From the NCBI GenBank assembly GCA_002788675.1, contig PFRS01000005.1, forward strand, positions 314,635 to 378,634: a stretch of 64,000 nt of DNA, given 5' to 3'. Of this stretch, positions 48,194 to 57,676 are shown one piece after another (position 1 is the first letter of the stretch; every line of letters starts with the position of its first letter). The notes under the pieces are model-generated. The model saw only the letters and a program-made list of their open reading frames with translations. It searched no databases and was not told where the DNA came from. Position numbers and translations under genes: made by a program. The stretch comes from Candidatus Pacebacteria bacterium CG_4_9_14_0_2_um_filter_40_15. GTDB taxonomy: Bacteria > Patescibacteriota > Microgenomatia > UBA1400 > PJMF01.

Positions 48194-49261
48194 TTAGGAT
48201 TCTTGTCGCTCAAGCCATCGTTCAGCGTCTAGCGCCGCTGCACAACCTTGACCAGCTGCAGTAATTGCTTGCTTATAGCGCACATCGACATTATCACCAG
48301 CTGCAAACACTCCTTCAACAGAAGTCATGCTTGGGTACTGAACCAATCCTTCAGACAAAGCAGCTTGAGCCTTGGTAACACCAACTTCTGTTGCACTCTG
48401 ACGAGTAACAACATAGCCATGACCATCAAGTTCAACTTGATCAACAAATACACTTGTTTGTGGTCTGTGCCCAATGGCGATAAACACACCATCTGCTGAC
48501 AATACCTTTTCTTCGCCATTCTCTTTAACACGAACCCCAGTCACTTTTTGGTCACCAATAATTTCTTCAAGCGTTGTATTCCACAGCACCGAAATCTTTT
48601 CATTTCCCAACACGCGTTCTTGCATAATCTTACTTGCTTTAAATGAATCGCGACGGTGAATAACGGTAACATGCTTTGAAAATTTGGCCAAAGCCAGTGC
48701 ATCTTCCATAGCACTATCACCACCACCAACTACATAGGTTTCTTTATCTCTAAAGAAAGCAGCATCGCACACAGCACAGTAGCTTACGCCTTTGGCTGAA
48801 AACTCAGCTTCACCAGTAACGCCAGGCTTGATGGGACTTGCTCCTGTTGAGATAATAATTGAGTTAGCTACATACTCAGGCTCAGATGCCTTAATACTTG
48901 CTGCTAATTCTTTTTGCTGTTCTGGAGTGTAGTCATTGAGTTTTTGAGGATCGGTGCCTTCTGGCAACGTGGTCCAAATTTTAAATGGACGATGTGACAA
49001 ATCAACTGCTGTCACATGCATATCTACGATAGACGTCCCAAATCGTTCAGCCTGAGTTCGAAACTGCATCATCATTTTCGGCCCCATGATTCCTTCTGGG
49101 AATCCTGGGAAATTCTCCACATCTGTAGTGAACATAAGTTGTCCACCAGATTGGTATCCCGCAAATACTGTTGTTTCTAACTGTGCCCGACTGGTATAGA
49201 TCGCTGCGGTGTACCCAGCAGGACCAGAACCAATGACGGCTACTTGAACTTTCTTTGACAC
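48194..49261 (-). CDS. trxB: thioredoxin-disulfide reductase
   Basis: The FAD site is VIGSGPAGYTAA, the redox-active CAVCD is present, and the NADPH site is GGGDSAMEDA. Confidence 0.9.
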   Translation of the reverse strand: MSKKVQVAVIGSGPAGYTAAIYTSRAQLETTVFAGYQSGGQLMFTTDVENFPGFPEGIMGPKMMMQFRTQAERFGTSIVDMHVTAVDLSHRPFKIWTTLPEGTDPQKLNDYTPEQQKELAASIKASEPEYVANSIIISTGASPIKPGVTGEAEFSAKGVSYCAVCDAAFFRDKETYVVGGGDSAMEDALALAKFSKHVTVIHRRDSFKASKIMQERVLGNEKISVLWNTTLEEIIGDQKVTGVRVKENGEEKVLSADGVFIAIGHRPQTSVFVDQVELDGHGYVVTRQSATEVGVTKAQAALSEGLVQYPSMTSVEGVFAAGDNVDVRYKQAITAAGQGCAAALDAERWLERQES

Positions 49262-49302
49262 GCCTATCCTTTCATTTCTCTTATTTTTTTGCTGAACGTA
49301 CT

Positions 49303-49656
49303 TTATTCAAGTACTTTTTCAATCATATCGCGGTATCCCTGTTCTCCAGGAAAACCAACTTTTTGAGCCGCCAATTCGCCATCTTTAATGATAACTACTG
49401 TTGGAATACTCATAACACCAAAACTTGCTGGAACTTGATTGTTTTCGTCAACATTAACTTTAACGATATGAACTTTACCTTCGTACTCGCCAGCTAATTT
49501 ATCAACAATTGGAGCTGCCATTTGACATGGGCCACACCATTCAGCGTAAAAATCAACAAATACAGGCATACCTGCTTCTTTTGCGTCTTCTACATTTTTC
49601 TTAAAATCGGCATCTGTCCAGTGAGCTGCCTGTGCAGTTTTTTTATCGTCTGCCAT
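49303..49656 (-). CDS. trxA: thioredoxin
   Basis: The active site is WCGPC. The start is set at MADDKK. Confidence 0.85.
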   Translation of the reverse strand: MADDKKTAQAAHWTDADFKKNVEDAKEAGMPVFVDFYAEWCGPCQMAAPIVDKLAGEYEGKVHIVKVNVDENNQVPASFGVMSIPTVVIIKDGELAAQKVGFPGEQGYRDMIEKVLE

Positions 49657-49742
49657 ACGTCCTCCTTTGTGAGTACTTCGTACTACTATTACTTTATATC
49701 TAATACCTACTACTATACATGAGCGCAACTACTTAGGTTCCG

Positions 49743-49988
49743 CTATTCATACTTAAAAAGTTCTTTAAGCACTTGGTCTAAATCATCAGTTCTGGCTTCT
49801 TTTGAGCATTTACATGCTTCACCAGTGAGTAAATCACGGGCTGTGCGACCCAAAGAGCCGCGAACTGCAATAATTTGACGACAAATATCAATACAGGCAC
49901 GTTCTTCTTCGTACATTTTAACGATGCCTTCAATTTGGCCGCTGATGCGTTTAAGTTGTGCTAACTTTTTGTCTGTTTGCATACACAT
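49743..49988 (-). CDS. CsoR/RcnR/CstR-family (DUF156) metal/thiol-sensing transcriptional repressor
   Basis: LKRISGQIEGIVKMYEEERACIDI parallels the CsoR helix-1/helix-2 region with the sensing Cys. The C-terminus has a C-x-C pair and no His, which is a CstR-like persulfide/thiol-sensor arrangement. The start is chosen at the internal Met so that the palindrome lies upstream. Confidence 0.65.
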   Translation of the reverse strand: MCMQTDKKLAQLKRISGQIEGIVKMYEEERACIDICRQIIAVRGSLGRTARDLLTGEACKCSKEARTDDLDQVLKELFKYE

Positions 49989-50010
49989 AATATACCCCCG
50001 GGGGGTATAT
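49989..50010. promoter_or_regulatory. GC-core palindrome ATATACCCCC-GGGGGGTATAT, CsoR-type operator candidate
   Basis: A near-perfect 22-bp inverted repeat sits immediately upstream of the CsoR-family gene. CsoR operators are known to be TACCC...GGGTA-type GC-tract palindromes. Confidence 0.45.
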
Positions 50011-50045
50011 GGGTCAAGCACTAAAAATTGATCGATAAAAAGAAT

Positions 50046-51827
50046 TTATATGTTTTTTCGCAGCAACACAATTTCTTTGAGGAGCTGGTTTTGCTTCTCT
50101 TCTTCAGCTTCGGTTTTGTCTGGTTTATCATCGAGTAGAGCTAGTTTATAGGTAATTTGATTTATCCGCTCAGTGATACTGAGTTTCTGCAGTTTTGCCA
50201 GCGCTGTTTTCCATTCTTCGTCGCTTCCGTCTGAGGTTGCCGATGAGAATGAACGATACTCTGCCATAAGATCAAAAATCGTTTGCTTAAGATCTTCTGG
50301 TAAATGCATTGAAAAGGTCTTCACCGTTACGGTTCCTTCCTGAGAAGCTAATGAACGAATAATTTGATTGAGCCCTGCAGTCTCAAAATTAAACTCAGCC
50401 AACTCTTGTGCGCGATCAACCAGTCTCCGTTCATCACCGCTAAACAATAAATACACACAGTATTGTTCTTGCTTTTCTTTTGGTGAAAGTTTTTTGGCCT
50501 CAATCTTTTGTGCTTCAGTTTTTTCCTTCTTTTCTTCTGGAAGCTTCTTATGTTTCTTATATGACTGAATGTCATCCTTGACTGTCTGCTGCTGCACACC
50601 TAATTTTTCTGAAACTGATTTTATGTAGTGCTCAAGCTCGACTGCATGAGAAACACTCGAGAGAACCGGTGCCAACTCTTCCATAATTTTTCGTTTGCCA
50701 GATGGAGTAGTGGCATCAAACTGAATAAATGCAGCAGAAATTAAAAAGTCATAGGCTGTTACCGAATGTTTAACAGTTTCACGCCACAATTTAGGATCTT
50801 TGCGAATTAATTCGTCAGGATCTTTTCCTTCTGGCACCTGAAGAACACGAAGCTCAACTTTTGTTGACTTCAACACATCGATCGATTTTTTGGTTGCTTT
50901 CACACCAGCTTCATCACTATCGAGCGCTAACAAAACTGTGTCCGAAACTCGAGCTAACAGCTTTGCATGATCTTCAGTAAGAGCTGAACCTTTAATAGCT
51001 ACAATATTATTCACATGAGCCTGTTGTGAGGTAACTACATCGAACTCACCTTCAACAACAATCACGCTACCTGCTTTACGAATATGTTGGAACAACTCAC
51101 TAAAACCAAACAGCATCTTACTCTTGTGATACAGCAACGTTTCTGGCGAGTTAATATACTTTGCATCTTTAGCGGTGCCTTCCAGGACTCTACCGGAAAA
51201 GCCAACGACCCGACCTCGGCTATCTCGCAGAGGGAACATAACTCGGCCACGGAACCGATCGTAGTAGCGGCCATTTTTCCCTTTAAGTATTAAACCCGCT
51301 TGCTCGAGCAGATCGAGTGAGTACTTCTTTTTCTTATGCAGAAATGTCATCAGACCATCCCAGCCAGGCAGTGAGTACCCTAATTGAAATAACTTAATGG
51401 ATTCATTATTTACGTGGCGATTTTTGAGATACTCGCGGGCAACTTCACCCGTTTTATGTTCAGTAAGAAGATAGTGATAGTACTCTTTTGCTAGGTCAAG
51501 AACCTCAAGTAATTGCTCTTGCAGTTCATCATCACTTGACTTTTTATAGGACTCTAGAGTAATATTAGCCTTATCTGCCAAATGTTGAAGGGCTTCAGCA
51601 AAGCTCATCCCTTCATATTTTTCAAGAAAAGTGAACGCATCACCGCTCTCACCACAGCCAAAACACTTGTACCGCTGGAGGCGTTCATCGACAAAAAAAG
51701 ACGGACTTTTCTCGCCATGAAATGGACAGAGACCCCTAAAATAGGTGCCGCTTCTCTGGATCGAGATTCGCGACCCAATGACATCAACGATGTCGCTGGC
51801 TTCTTTTACTTCTTGGATTTGTGACAT
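50046..51827 (-). CDS. dnaG: DNA primase
   Basis: There is a CHC2 zinc finger (CPFHGEKSPSFFV...CFGCG), an RNA polymerase domain, and a Toprim region (VVVEGEFD...LDSDEAG). Confidence 0.9.
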   Translation of the reverse strand: MSQIQEVKEASDIVDVIGSRISIQRSGTYFRGLCPFHGEKSPSFFVDERLQRYKCFGCGESGDAFTFLEKYEGMSFAEALQHLADKANITLESYKKSSDDELQEQLLEVLDLAKEYYHYLLTEHKTGEVAREYLKNRHVNNESIKLFQLGYSLPGWDGLMTFLHKKKKYSLDLLEQAGLILKGKNGRYYDRFRGRVMFPLRDSRGRVVGFSGRVLEGTAKDAKYINSPETLLYHKSKMLFGFSELFQHIRKAGSVIVVEGEFDVVTSQQAHVNNIVAIKGSALTEDHAKLLARVSDTVLLALDSDEAGVKATKKSIDVLKSTKVELRVLQVPEGKDPDELIRKDPKLWRETVKHSVTAYDFLISAAFIQFDATTPSGKRKIMEELAPVLSSVSHAVELEHYIKSVSEKLGVQQQTVKDDIQSYKKHKKLPEEKKEKTEAQKIEAKKLSPKEKQEQYCVYLLFSGDERRLVDRAQELAEFNFETAGLNQIIRSLASQEGTVTVKTFSMHLPEDLKQTIFDLMAEYRSFSSATSDGSDEEWKTALAKLQKLSITERINQITYKLALLDDKPDKTEAEEEKQNQLLKEIVLLRKNI

Positions 51828-51896
51828 AGTGTAGATTCATTTTATACTGTATCAAAGCAGATCGCTAGCACTAGCTAGCAGAAAGACAAATAAAAT

Positions 51897-52277
51897 ATGA
51901 CAAATAACGATACATCAGACAAAAAAAATAAAAAAACAGAGACCTCTGTGTCGCACCACAGCACGCCATTTGCAAAATACTTTAATATCTTAAGTGATAT
52001 TGATAAAAACAAGCGTTATTCACAAGAGTATGGTTCTATACTTATCCTGAGTTTAGTTGAAGAAATTGGAGAAATGTCTCGTGCATACTTGGCTGAACAT
52101 GGCCGTAAAAAAAGCAACCTTAGTGCTCAAGCTGATGAAACATATGAGCAAGAGCTTGGTGACATTTTACTGGTTATCTTACGTTTTGCCCGCATAAAAC
52201 ATATTGATCTTGATGAACGCCTCATGTACTCACTCAATAAAATCCTTGCCCGCAAGGACAAACCAAAAGGCGCCTAA
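51897..52277 (+). CDS. MazG-like nucleotide pyrophosphohydrolase domain protein
   Basis: The helical NTP-PPase core has E-E...E...D acidic residues (LVEEIGEMSRA...ELGDILLVILRFA). Confidence 0.55.
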   Translation: MTNNDTSDKKNKKTETSVSHHSTPFAKYFNILSDIDKNKRYSQEYGSILILSLVEEIGEMSRAYLAEHGRKKSNLSAQADETYEQELGDILLVILRFARIKHIDLDERLMYSLNKILARKDKPKGA

Positions 52278-52322
52278 TCCTACGTTCTACCAGCCACACG
52301 TATCTAGTGTTACACTAGGTAC

Positions 52323-53900
52323 GTGCAAGATTTACTCGATTCAATAACCAAAAATAAAAAGGCTGTGCTAATTCTTTCGGCACTCATTTTTTTCTTTTCT
52401 CTCTTCTTCTTTCGATCTATCATGCTGCAAACCGCAGACCTGGGTAGATACTTAGTTAATGGCCGTGAAATCCTGTCTGGAAACTGGCAAGCTTTAGTTA
52501 CCACAAACTTCTACTCCTACACCTATCCCGACTATCCTTTTATTAATCATCATTGGTTTTTTGGTGTAATTGCCTACAGCATCCAACAAGCTTTTGGCTT
52601 TGCTGGGCTTTCGCTCTTTGGTGTAGTTACAACTACAACTGCTTTTGGGGCTCTAGTCTACTGGAGTTATAAACGATATGGCTTGGTTCCTGCAGTAACC
52701 GCTGGCTTCCTCATGATCCCACTCATAACCACACGACATGAAATTAGACCTGAATTGATTAGTTTACTGGGAGTTACCATATACTTTATTGTGCTTGAAA
52801 GATTCACACATTCACGTCTGAAGTGGTACTGGCTTTGGATACCGTTGTTCCTGACTCAACTTGTCTGGCAAAATACCCATTTATTTTTTATTCTAGGATT
52901 GTTTGAACTGTTTGTGTTCTGGCTCTACGCAGTAGCAAGCAAAAACTGGCACGCGAGCAAGCACCTTGGGGCACTCGGTGTCGTCTCTGCCGGCCTAACC
53001 CTACTTAATCCTAATACAGTAACTGGTGCACTCATGCCCTTCACTATTTTTAAAGAATATGGCTATCGTGTGGCTGAAAATCAGTCTTGGCTGTTTATGT
53101 TGAACTACTTTCACTATCATATTCAAATGTATGAACTTTTTATTGCGGTGCTCCTTGTACTGGTAGGAGGCTTCGTGCTTATAAAAACAGCACAAAAAAA
53201 ACGTCTCTTCCTTCTTACTCTTGCTACTATTTCTTTGACCTTTGGCATCGTCACTTTTAAAGTAAATAGACTTGCTTCGTTTTGGGGAGTTTTGAGTATT
53301 CCACTTGTTGCTGAACTTGTTGCATATTTCGCTCATACCTACAATAAAAAGTTTCGTGCCCTCTTCGACGACTCACTGGGGATGATGTTTCTATCATCAG
53401 TGGGATTTATCGCCCTAATAGCACTGGCTTGGACGGGGTTATTCATGCCATTTGCTGCCAACACAGGTATTGGACTTGCTCCTGGAGTAAACCAAGTTGC
53501 TGAATTCATAAAAAAACAACACCTTCAGGGGCCCGTTTTTAACAATTATGATATTGGCGGCTACTTGATCTATCATTTGTATCCCGAAGAAAAAGTTTTC
53601 GTTGATAATCGCCCCGAAGCGTATCCTACAGAGTTCTTTGAAAATGAGTATATTGGACCTCAAAATGATTCCAAGCAGTGGCGTGAGTTAGATAAAAAAT
53701 ATGATTTCAACCTTATCGTGTTCTACCGACATGACTTAACTGAGTGGGCTCAAAAATTTATGATTGATCGTGTTTCTGATGAAAACTGGGTTCCCATTTA
53801 TGTTGACAACTACAGCATCATATTTATAAAAAATGTGCCTGAAAATGCTGATGTTATTAGCATTTTTGAGCTACCGCAAAGCATGTTCGGCATCAAATAG
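52323..53900 (+). CDS. polytopic membrane protein with C-terminal soluble domain (possible GT-C-type membrane glycosyltransferase)
   Basis: About 11 TM helices over the first 370 aa are followed by a soluble domain of about 150 aa. No diagnostic motif was found. Confidence 0.35.
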   Translation: MQDLLDSITKNKKAVLILSALIFFFSLFFFRSIMLQTADLGRYLVNGREILSGNWQALVTTNFYSYTYPDYPFINHHWFFGVIAYSIQQAFGFAGLSLFGVVTTTTAFGALVYWSYKRYGLVPAVTAGFLMIPLITTRHEIRPELISLLGVTIYFIVLERFTHSRLKWYWLWIPLFLTQLVWQNTHLFFILGLFELFVFWLYAVASKNWHASKHLGALGVVSAGLTLLNPNTVTGALMPFTIFKEYGYRVAENQSWLFMLNYFHYHIQMYELFIAVLLVLVGGFVLIKTAQKKRLFLLTLATISLTFGIVTFKVNRLASFWGVLSIPLVAELVAYFAHTYNKKFRALFDDSLGMMFLSSVGFIALIALAWTGLFMPFAANTGIGLAPGVNQVAEFIKKQHLQGPVFNNYDIGGYLIYHLYPEEKVFVDNRPEAYPTEFFENEYIGPQNDSKQWRELDKKYDFNLIVFYRHDLTEWAQKFMIDRVSDENWVPIYVDNYSIIFIKNVPENADVISIFELPQSMFGIK

Positions 53901-54134
53901 TTTTTGCACCCCTTCCTCGAGCATAATATCCTATAACATTGACTTTTGGGTGTTTTTCTGCTATACTGGAAGATAGTATCCCAAGGTGCATCACTACGAT
54001 TCACCAATTGGGCTGCTCGCACATTAATATAACGAATTTTTATTTCTCCCACTTTGATGGGCTTAGTAAGCTTTTAAATTTTATTAAAATTTAGGGCTTT
54101 CGGGCCCATTAACTATCCTGGAGGATATTTTAAA

Positions 54135-54884
54135 ATGAAGACAATAGCTCTGTTAGTTTTGACTTTAATTGCCAACTTGCAATCATGCTTAGGTTTAGAT
54201 CAAGACGTGAAAGATTTGAATGCAATCATCTACAAAGAGGTAGCAGCAGAAATTACATCTGAAGCTTATCTTGATGATCAAATCATTATCGATATCACCG
54301 AAAATTCTGGTGAAATTACGATTAGTGATGGGAATGTGTCCCACACTATTGAGGTCATGCTCAGCGTTCTAGCTGAACAGGACTTTGATGCTGCCCATCC
54401 GACAATTTTAACAATTGTCAAAGTGGACAACAATGTAGCCTGCATGACCCAACAAAAAGACGGCCGGTTGCTTGAGGGCACCAACTATTCAATTGAAAAA
54501 TTTCAATGTGATCCCTTGTTCCATAACCTCTTAGCTAGCGGAAAGTGGGACATTGTTGAAAACGTTGATGGTCTTGCTTTTACAGAAGACTATAACTTGG
54601 TGCTACTCATTGATGAGGCACCAAACAATGATCAATTTTCTTATACTGGAAAGGACGGCTCTCCTCAGATTTTTGAAGTTAAACTTTTGAGCATGACGCC
54701 AAAGGAAAATACCTATCAATATACATACCTCGTTACCCATAATGGGACGAAGGTATGTACAATTAAAGAAATGACCGACGGCGGCATGTCTGAAACCTCA
54801 ATTTCAGGCTATGATAATTGTGGCCGGCAAACGTTTCTTGATGGGTATACCATCACTGTTGCTGGTCACTTTTTGGAAAAATAA
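54135..54884 (+). CDS. hypothetical secreted protein
   Basis: It has the signal peptide MKTIALLVLTLIANLQSCLG and is an acidic protein with conserved Cys pairs. Confidence 0.4.
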   Translation: MKTIALLVLTLIANLQSCLGLDQDVKDLNAIIYKEVAAEITSEAYLDDQIIIDITENSGEITISDGNVSHTIEVMLSVLAEQDFDAAHPTILTIVKVDNNVACMTQQKDGRLLEGTNYSIEKFQCDPLFHNLLASGKWDIVENVDGLAFTEDYNLVLLIDEAPNNDQFSYTGKDGSPQIFEVKLLSMTPKENTYQYTYLVTHNGTKVCTIKEMTDGGMSETSISGYDNCGRQTFLDGYTITVAGHFLEK

Positions 54885-54904
54885 AAAATATTCGTTATAT
54901 ATCA

Positions 54905-54934
54905 AACGCTCCTCATCCCGAGGGGCGTTTTTTG
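54905..54934 (+). terminator. rho-independent terminator
   Basis: The hairpin cgctcctc-atcc-gaggggcg has one mismatch and is followed by a T6 run. Confidence 0.5.
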
Positions 54935-54951
54935 TGGCTAAAAACAGAATT

Positions 54952-54971
54952 GGCGCACCTTGCGGTGCGCC
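54952..54971 (-). terminator. hairpin terminator for the minus-strand membrane-protein gene
   Basis: The perfect hairpin ggcgcacc-ttgc-ggtgcgcc is followed on the minus strand by a T-run. Confidence 0.45.
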
Positions 54972-54989
54972 AAATTCTTACTACTTTAA

Positions 54990-55583
54990 CTATTTTGGCT
55001 TGTTGTTCTCTTGAAAAATGCGCACAACTTCTGAAGTGCTCATGAACAAGAAAATGATGGCAATGGTGAAATACAACTCATTGCCAAAATATGCAACGAG
55101 CACACTTGTACAAACAATCACTGCCGTGCTGACCTTGTACCAGACCCAAAACTGTTTGTCTTCGACAAGCTTGATACGTGTAACCACGTAGGCTATGCCA
55201 TATTCAACAAACATAAATAATGCTATGGGAAACACAGCCAAAATGTCACCCAGAAGGACATACACTAACATGGCACCAAAACCCAAAGGGGTACTGATAA
55301 AAAGCATCCATTTGTATATTGGAATAATCCAAAGCATATCTGCATCACCCATTTGAGCGATGCTGCTTGTCATTGCCACAGCAAAAGCAACAATTGGCAA
55401 CAAACAAACTGCCACAACTGTTGCTATCTCAAGCCAACGGACATCAAAAAGCAAATGGACATAAAAACCACTGGCCAACGGGATAATCACTAAAAGCAAA
55501 AGAATTATGCTCAAGTAATACCCATGACCTTCACTAAAAAATGAAACTACTTTGTTTTTCATCTTTTTTTTCTGAACCTCCAT
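54990..55583 (-). CDS. hypothetical polytopic membrane protein
   Basis: 197 aa with about 6 TM helices. Confidence 0.4.
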   Translation of the reverse strand: MEVQKKKMKNKVVSFFSEGHGYYLSIILLLLVIIPLASGFYVHLLFDVRWLEIATVVAVCLLPIVAFAVAMTSSIAQMGDADMLWIIPIYKWMLFISTPLGFGAMLVYVLLGDILAVFPIALFMFVEYGIAYVVTRIKLVEDKQFWVWYKVSTAVIVCTSVLVAYFGNELYFTIAIIFLFMSTSEVVRIFQENNKPK

Positions 55584-55989
55584 TAAAGAACGTTTCTACT
55601 GCAAATATGTAATTAGCAGCAGAAAAATAGTAAGATCCTAGAATTATACTATAGAGACGTAGTAAAAGCAAAAAAAGAGCTCAGACTATGGGGGGGCCTG
55701 AGCTCAGATACAAACTGTTTTTCAATCCAAGTTACTATTTGTTTAAATTAAAATCACATCATAGAAGATAGGTCCTCCTTTTTTTAGCTCAGCCATTCCG
55801 ACTGGAGAAAGTTAGATCACCCCCTCTGTGTTGATTTTTAGTTTAATCATAGTTGCTTGCTCCTTGTTTGAAACAGGTTGTTAAGATTCAGCTTCAACTC
55901 CTTTGTGCGCCTTGCACGCTCGAGCTGAAGCAGTAATGTAGTATGTTACCACAGATACTCGAGATTACAATACGTCACAAATGCGTAAG

Positions 55990-57675
55990 CTATAAGATGC
56001 GCTTAAATAAACGATGCAAATCTTGCATTTCAAAATCAATGTACACCGGTCTGCCATGCGGACAGGTAAACTGTGTTTTGGTTGAAAATAATTTTTCAAG
56101 GAGTCTTCTCCGTTCATCTTGTGAAAGCGCTTCACCTGCCTTAATAGCCGTACGACAAGCCAAAAAAGCCAGAGTTCTATGCGTAGTGCTATCTAACTCT
56201 GAAATGGGTCTATCTTCCAATAAATCAGCAGCAAACTCCTGTAACAGCACTTCAAAGTTACGACCATGAAAAACTTTGGGCGCAGCTTTGACTGTGATCA
56301 ACGTATCTGCAAAAGTTAACACAAAACCCATTTTTGCTAAAACTGCATGATGCTCTTCAAGTGTCATATGCTCTGTTTTGGAAAGCACTACTTTAATAGG
56401 CTTAGAGAATTTTTGACTTTCCTGACTTTTTTTGGCTTCAAATGCTTCAAGAAATTGTTGATACAAAATGCGCTCATGGGCGGCATGCTGATCGATAATC
56501 ACAATCCCATGAGATGTCTGTGCAATTAAGTACAAATTGTGTACCTGCAGTATTTCAGCATTTTCCTTAAGTGAAAAATCTTTTACAGTCCACGGATCAA
56601 CATCTGCGCGCAACACTTGGGCAGTGATTTCTTCCATTGTGTTGTCTCGAAGCACTGAATCAACTCCCGTGCCATGACTGGCATAGTGCAAGTCCTCACG
56701 CTCAAGCACGCCGCGAACAGCATCTTGCACGAGCACACGGACTGCTTTCTCATTTATAAAGCTAACGGTATCTTTTTTTGGGGTAATATTTACATCGACC
56801 ATTTGTGATGGAATAGCCAAGTGCAACACAAACACAGGATAGGTGCGCGGTTCTAAAAGCGTTCCATAGACTTCCTTTATTGCTGCAGCAAGGTCAGGAC
56901 GCTGGACAGGTCGACCATTCACGAATAATAACTGTCGATGCTTTCCCTTATGTGCTAGCTGTGGAGCTCCTAAGTACCCAGAAATCGAGTAATGGTCACT
57001 GGAATGCGCCAACTCAAAGAGTAATTGCTGCCTAATCTGCAATACTGATTGAATTCGCTCTGCAGGCTTTTGGGCAGGTAAATCAAATAGATTCTTAGTG
57101 TTGTGTGTAACCGAAAAACGAATAGCAGCATTTGATACAAAGGTTGGCAACAAGACTCCTAAGTTTTTTTTAAGTTCGGTACTGTCCGACTTCAAAAATT
57201 TTCTACGTGCGGGAGTTTGTGCAAATAACTCAGTCACTGAAATCTGAGTCCCTACCGACATTCCAATCGCTGAAACTGAACTCAAGTTTCCATGCGAGAC
57301 TATAAGTTGTGCTCCAATTTTTTCCGAAGCTACTCTGCTCGCTATTTCGATTTTTGCAATTGTGGCCATGCTCGAAAGGGCCTCTCCTCTAAATCCAAAT
57401 GAACCTAAACTGAGCAAATCATCTAAAGAGGAGATTTTACTGGTACTATGCGCAGCCACAGCCAGTGGCAACTCATCAGGATACATACCGCCACCATCAT
57501 CAACAACAGTAATACGCTTAGTGCCACCTTCTTCGAGCATAATATCAATAGTCTGAGCACCAGCATCGAGTGCATTTTCAACCAGCTCTTTTATTACTGA
57601 TGCAGGATTTTCAATGACCTGACCGGCTGCTATCCGAGCGCGTACATCAGCTGAAAGTTCCTTTATTCTAAGCAT
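55990..57675 (-). CDS. mutL: DNA mismatch repair protein MutL
   Basis: The GHKL ATPase N-terminus reads VIENPASVIKELVENALDAGA, and a C-terminal dimerisation/endonuclease domain is present. Confidence 0.9.
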   Translation of the reverse strand: MLRIKELSADVRARIAAGQVIENPASVIKELVENALDAGAQTIDIMLEEGGTKRITVVDDGGGMYPDELPLAVAAHSTSKISSLDDLLSLGSFGFRGEALSSMATIAKIEIASRVASEKIGAQLIVSHGNLSSVSAIGMSVGTQISVTELFAQTPARRKFLKSDSTELKKNLGVLLPTFVSNAAIRFSVTHNTKNLFDLPAQKPAERIQSVLQIRQQLLFELAHSSDHYSISGYLGAPQLAHKGKHRQLLFVNGRPVQRPDLAAAIKEVYGTLLEPRTYPVFVLHLAIPSQMVDVNITPKKDTVSFINEKAVRVLVQDAVRGVLEREDLHYASHGTGVDSVLRDNTMEEITAQVLRADVDPWTVKDFSLKENAEILQVHNLYLIAQTSHGIVIIDQHAAHERILYQQFLEAFEAKKSQESQKFSKPIKVVLSKTEHMTLEEHHAVLAKMGFVLTFADTLITVKAAPKVFHGRNFEVLLQEFAADLLEDRPISELDSTTHRTLAFLACRTAIKAGEALSQDERRRLLEKLFSTKTQFTCPHGRPVYIDFEMQDLHRLFKRIL

Positions 57676-57676
57676 A

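Noticed and set aside
55584-55989. tmRNA, SRP RNA or RNase P RNA in the long mutL-upstream gap
   Set aside because: I found no tRNA-like 3' end, no GNRA and conserved-box arrangement, and no SRP domain IV motif on inspection. Only generic repeats are present.
55943-56269. 108-aa plus-strand ORF overlapping the mutL 3' region
   Set aside because: It is antisense to mutL and has no motif.
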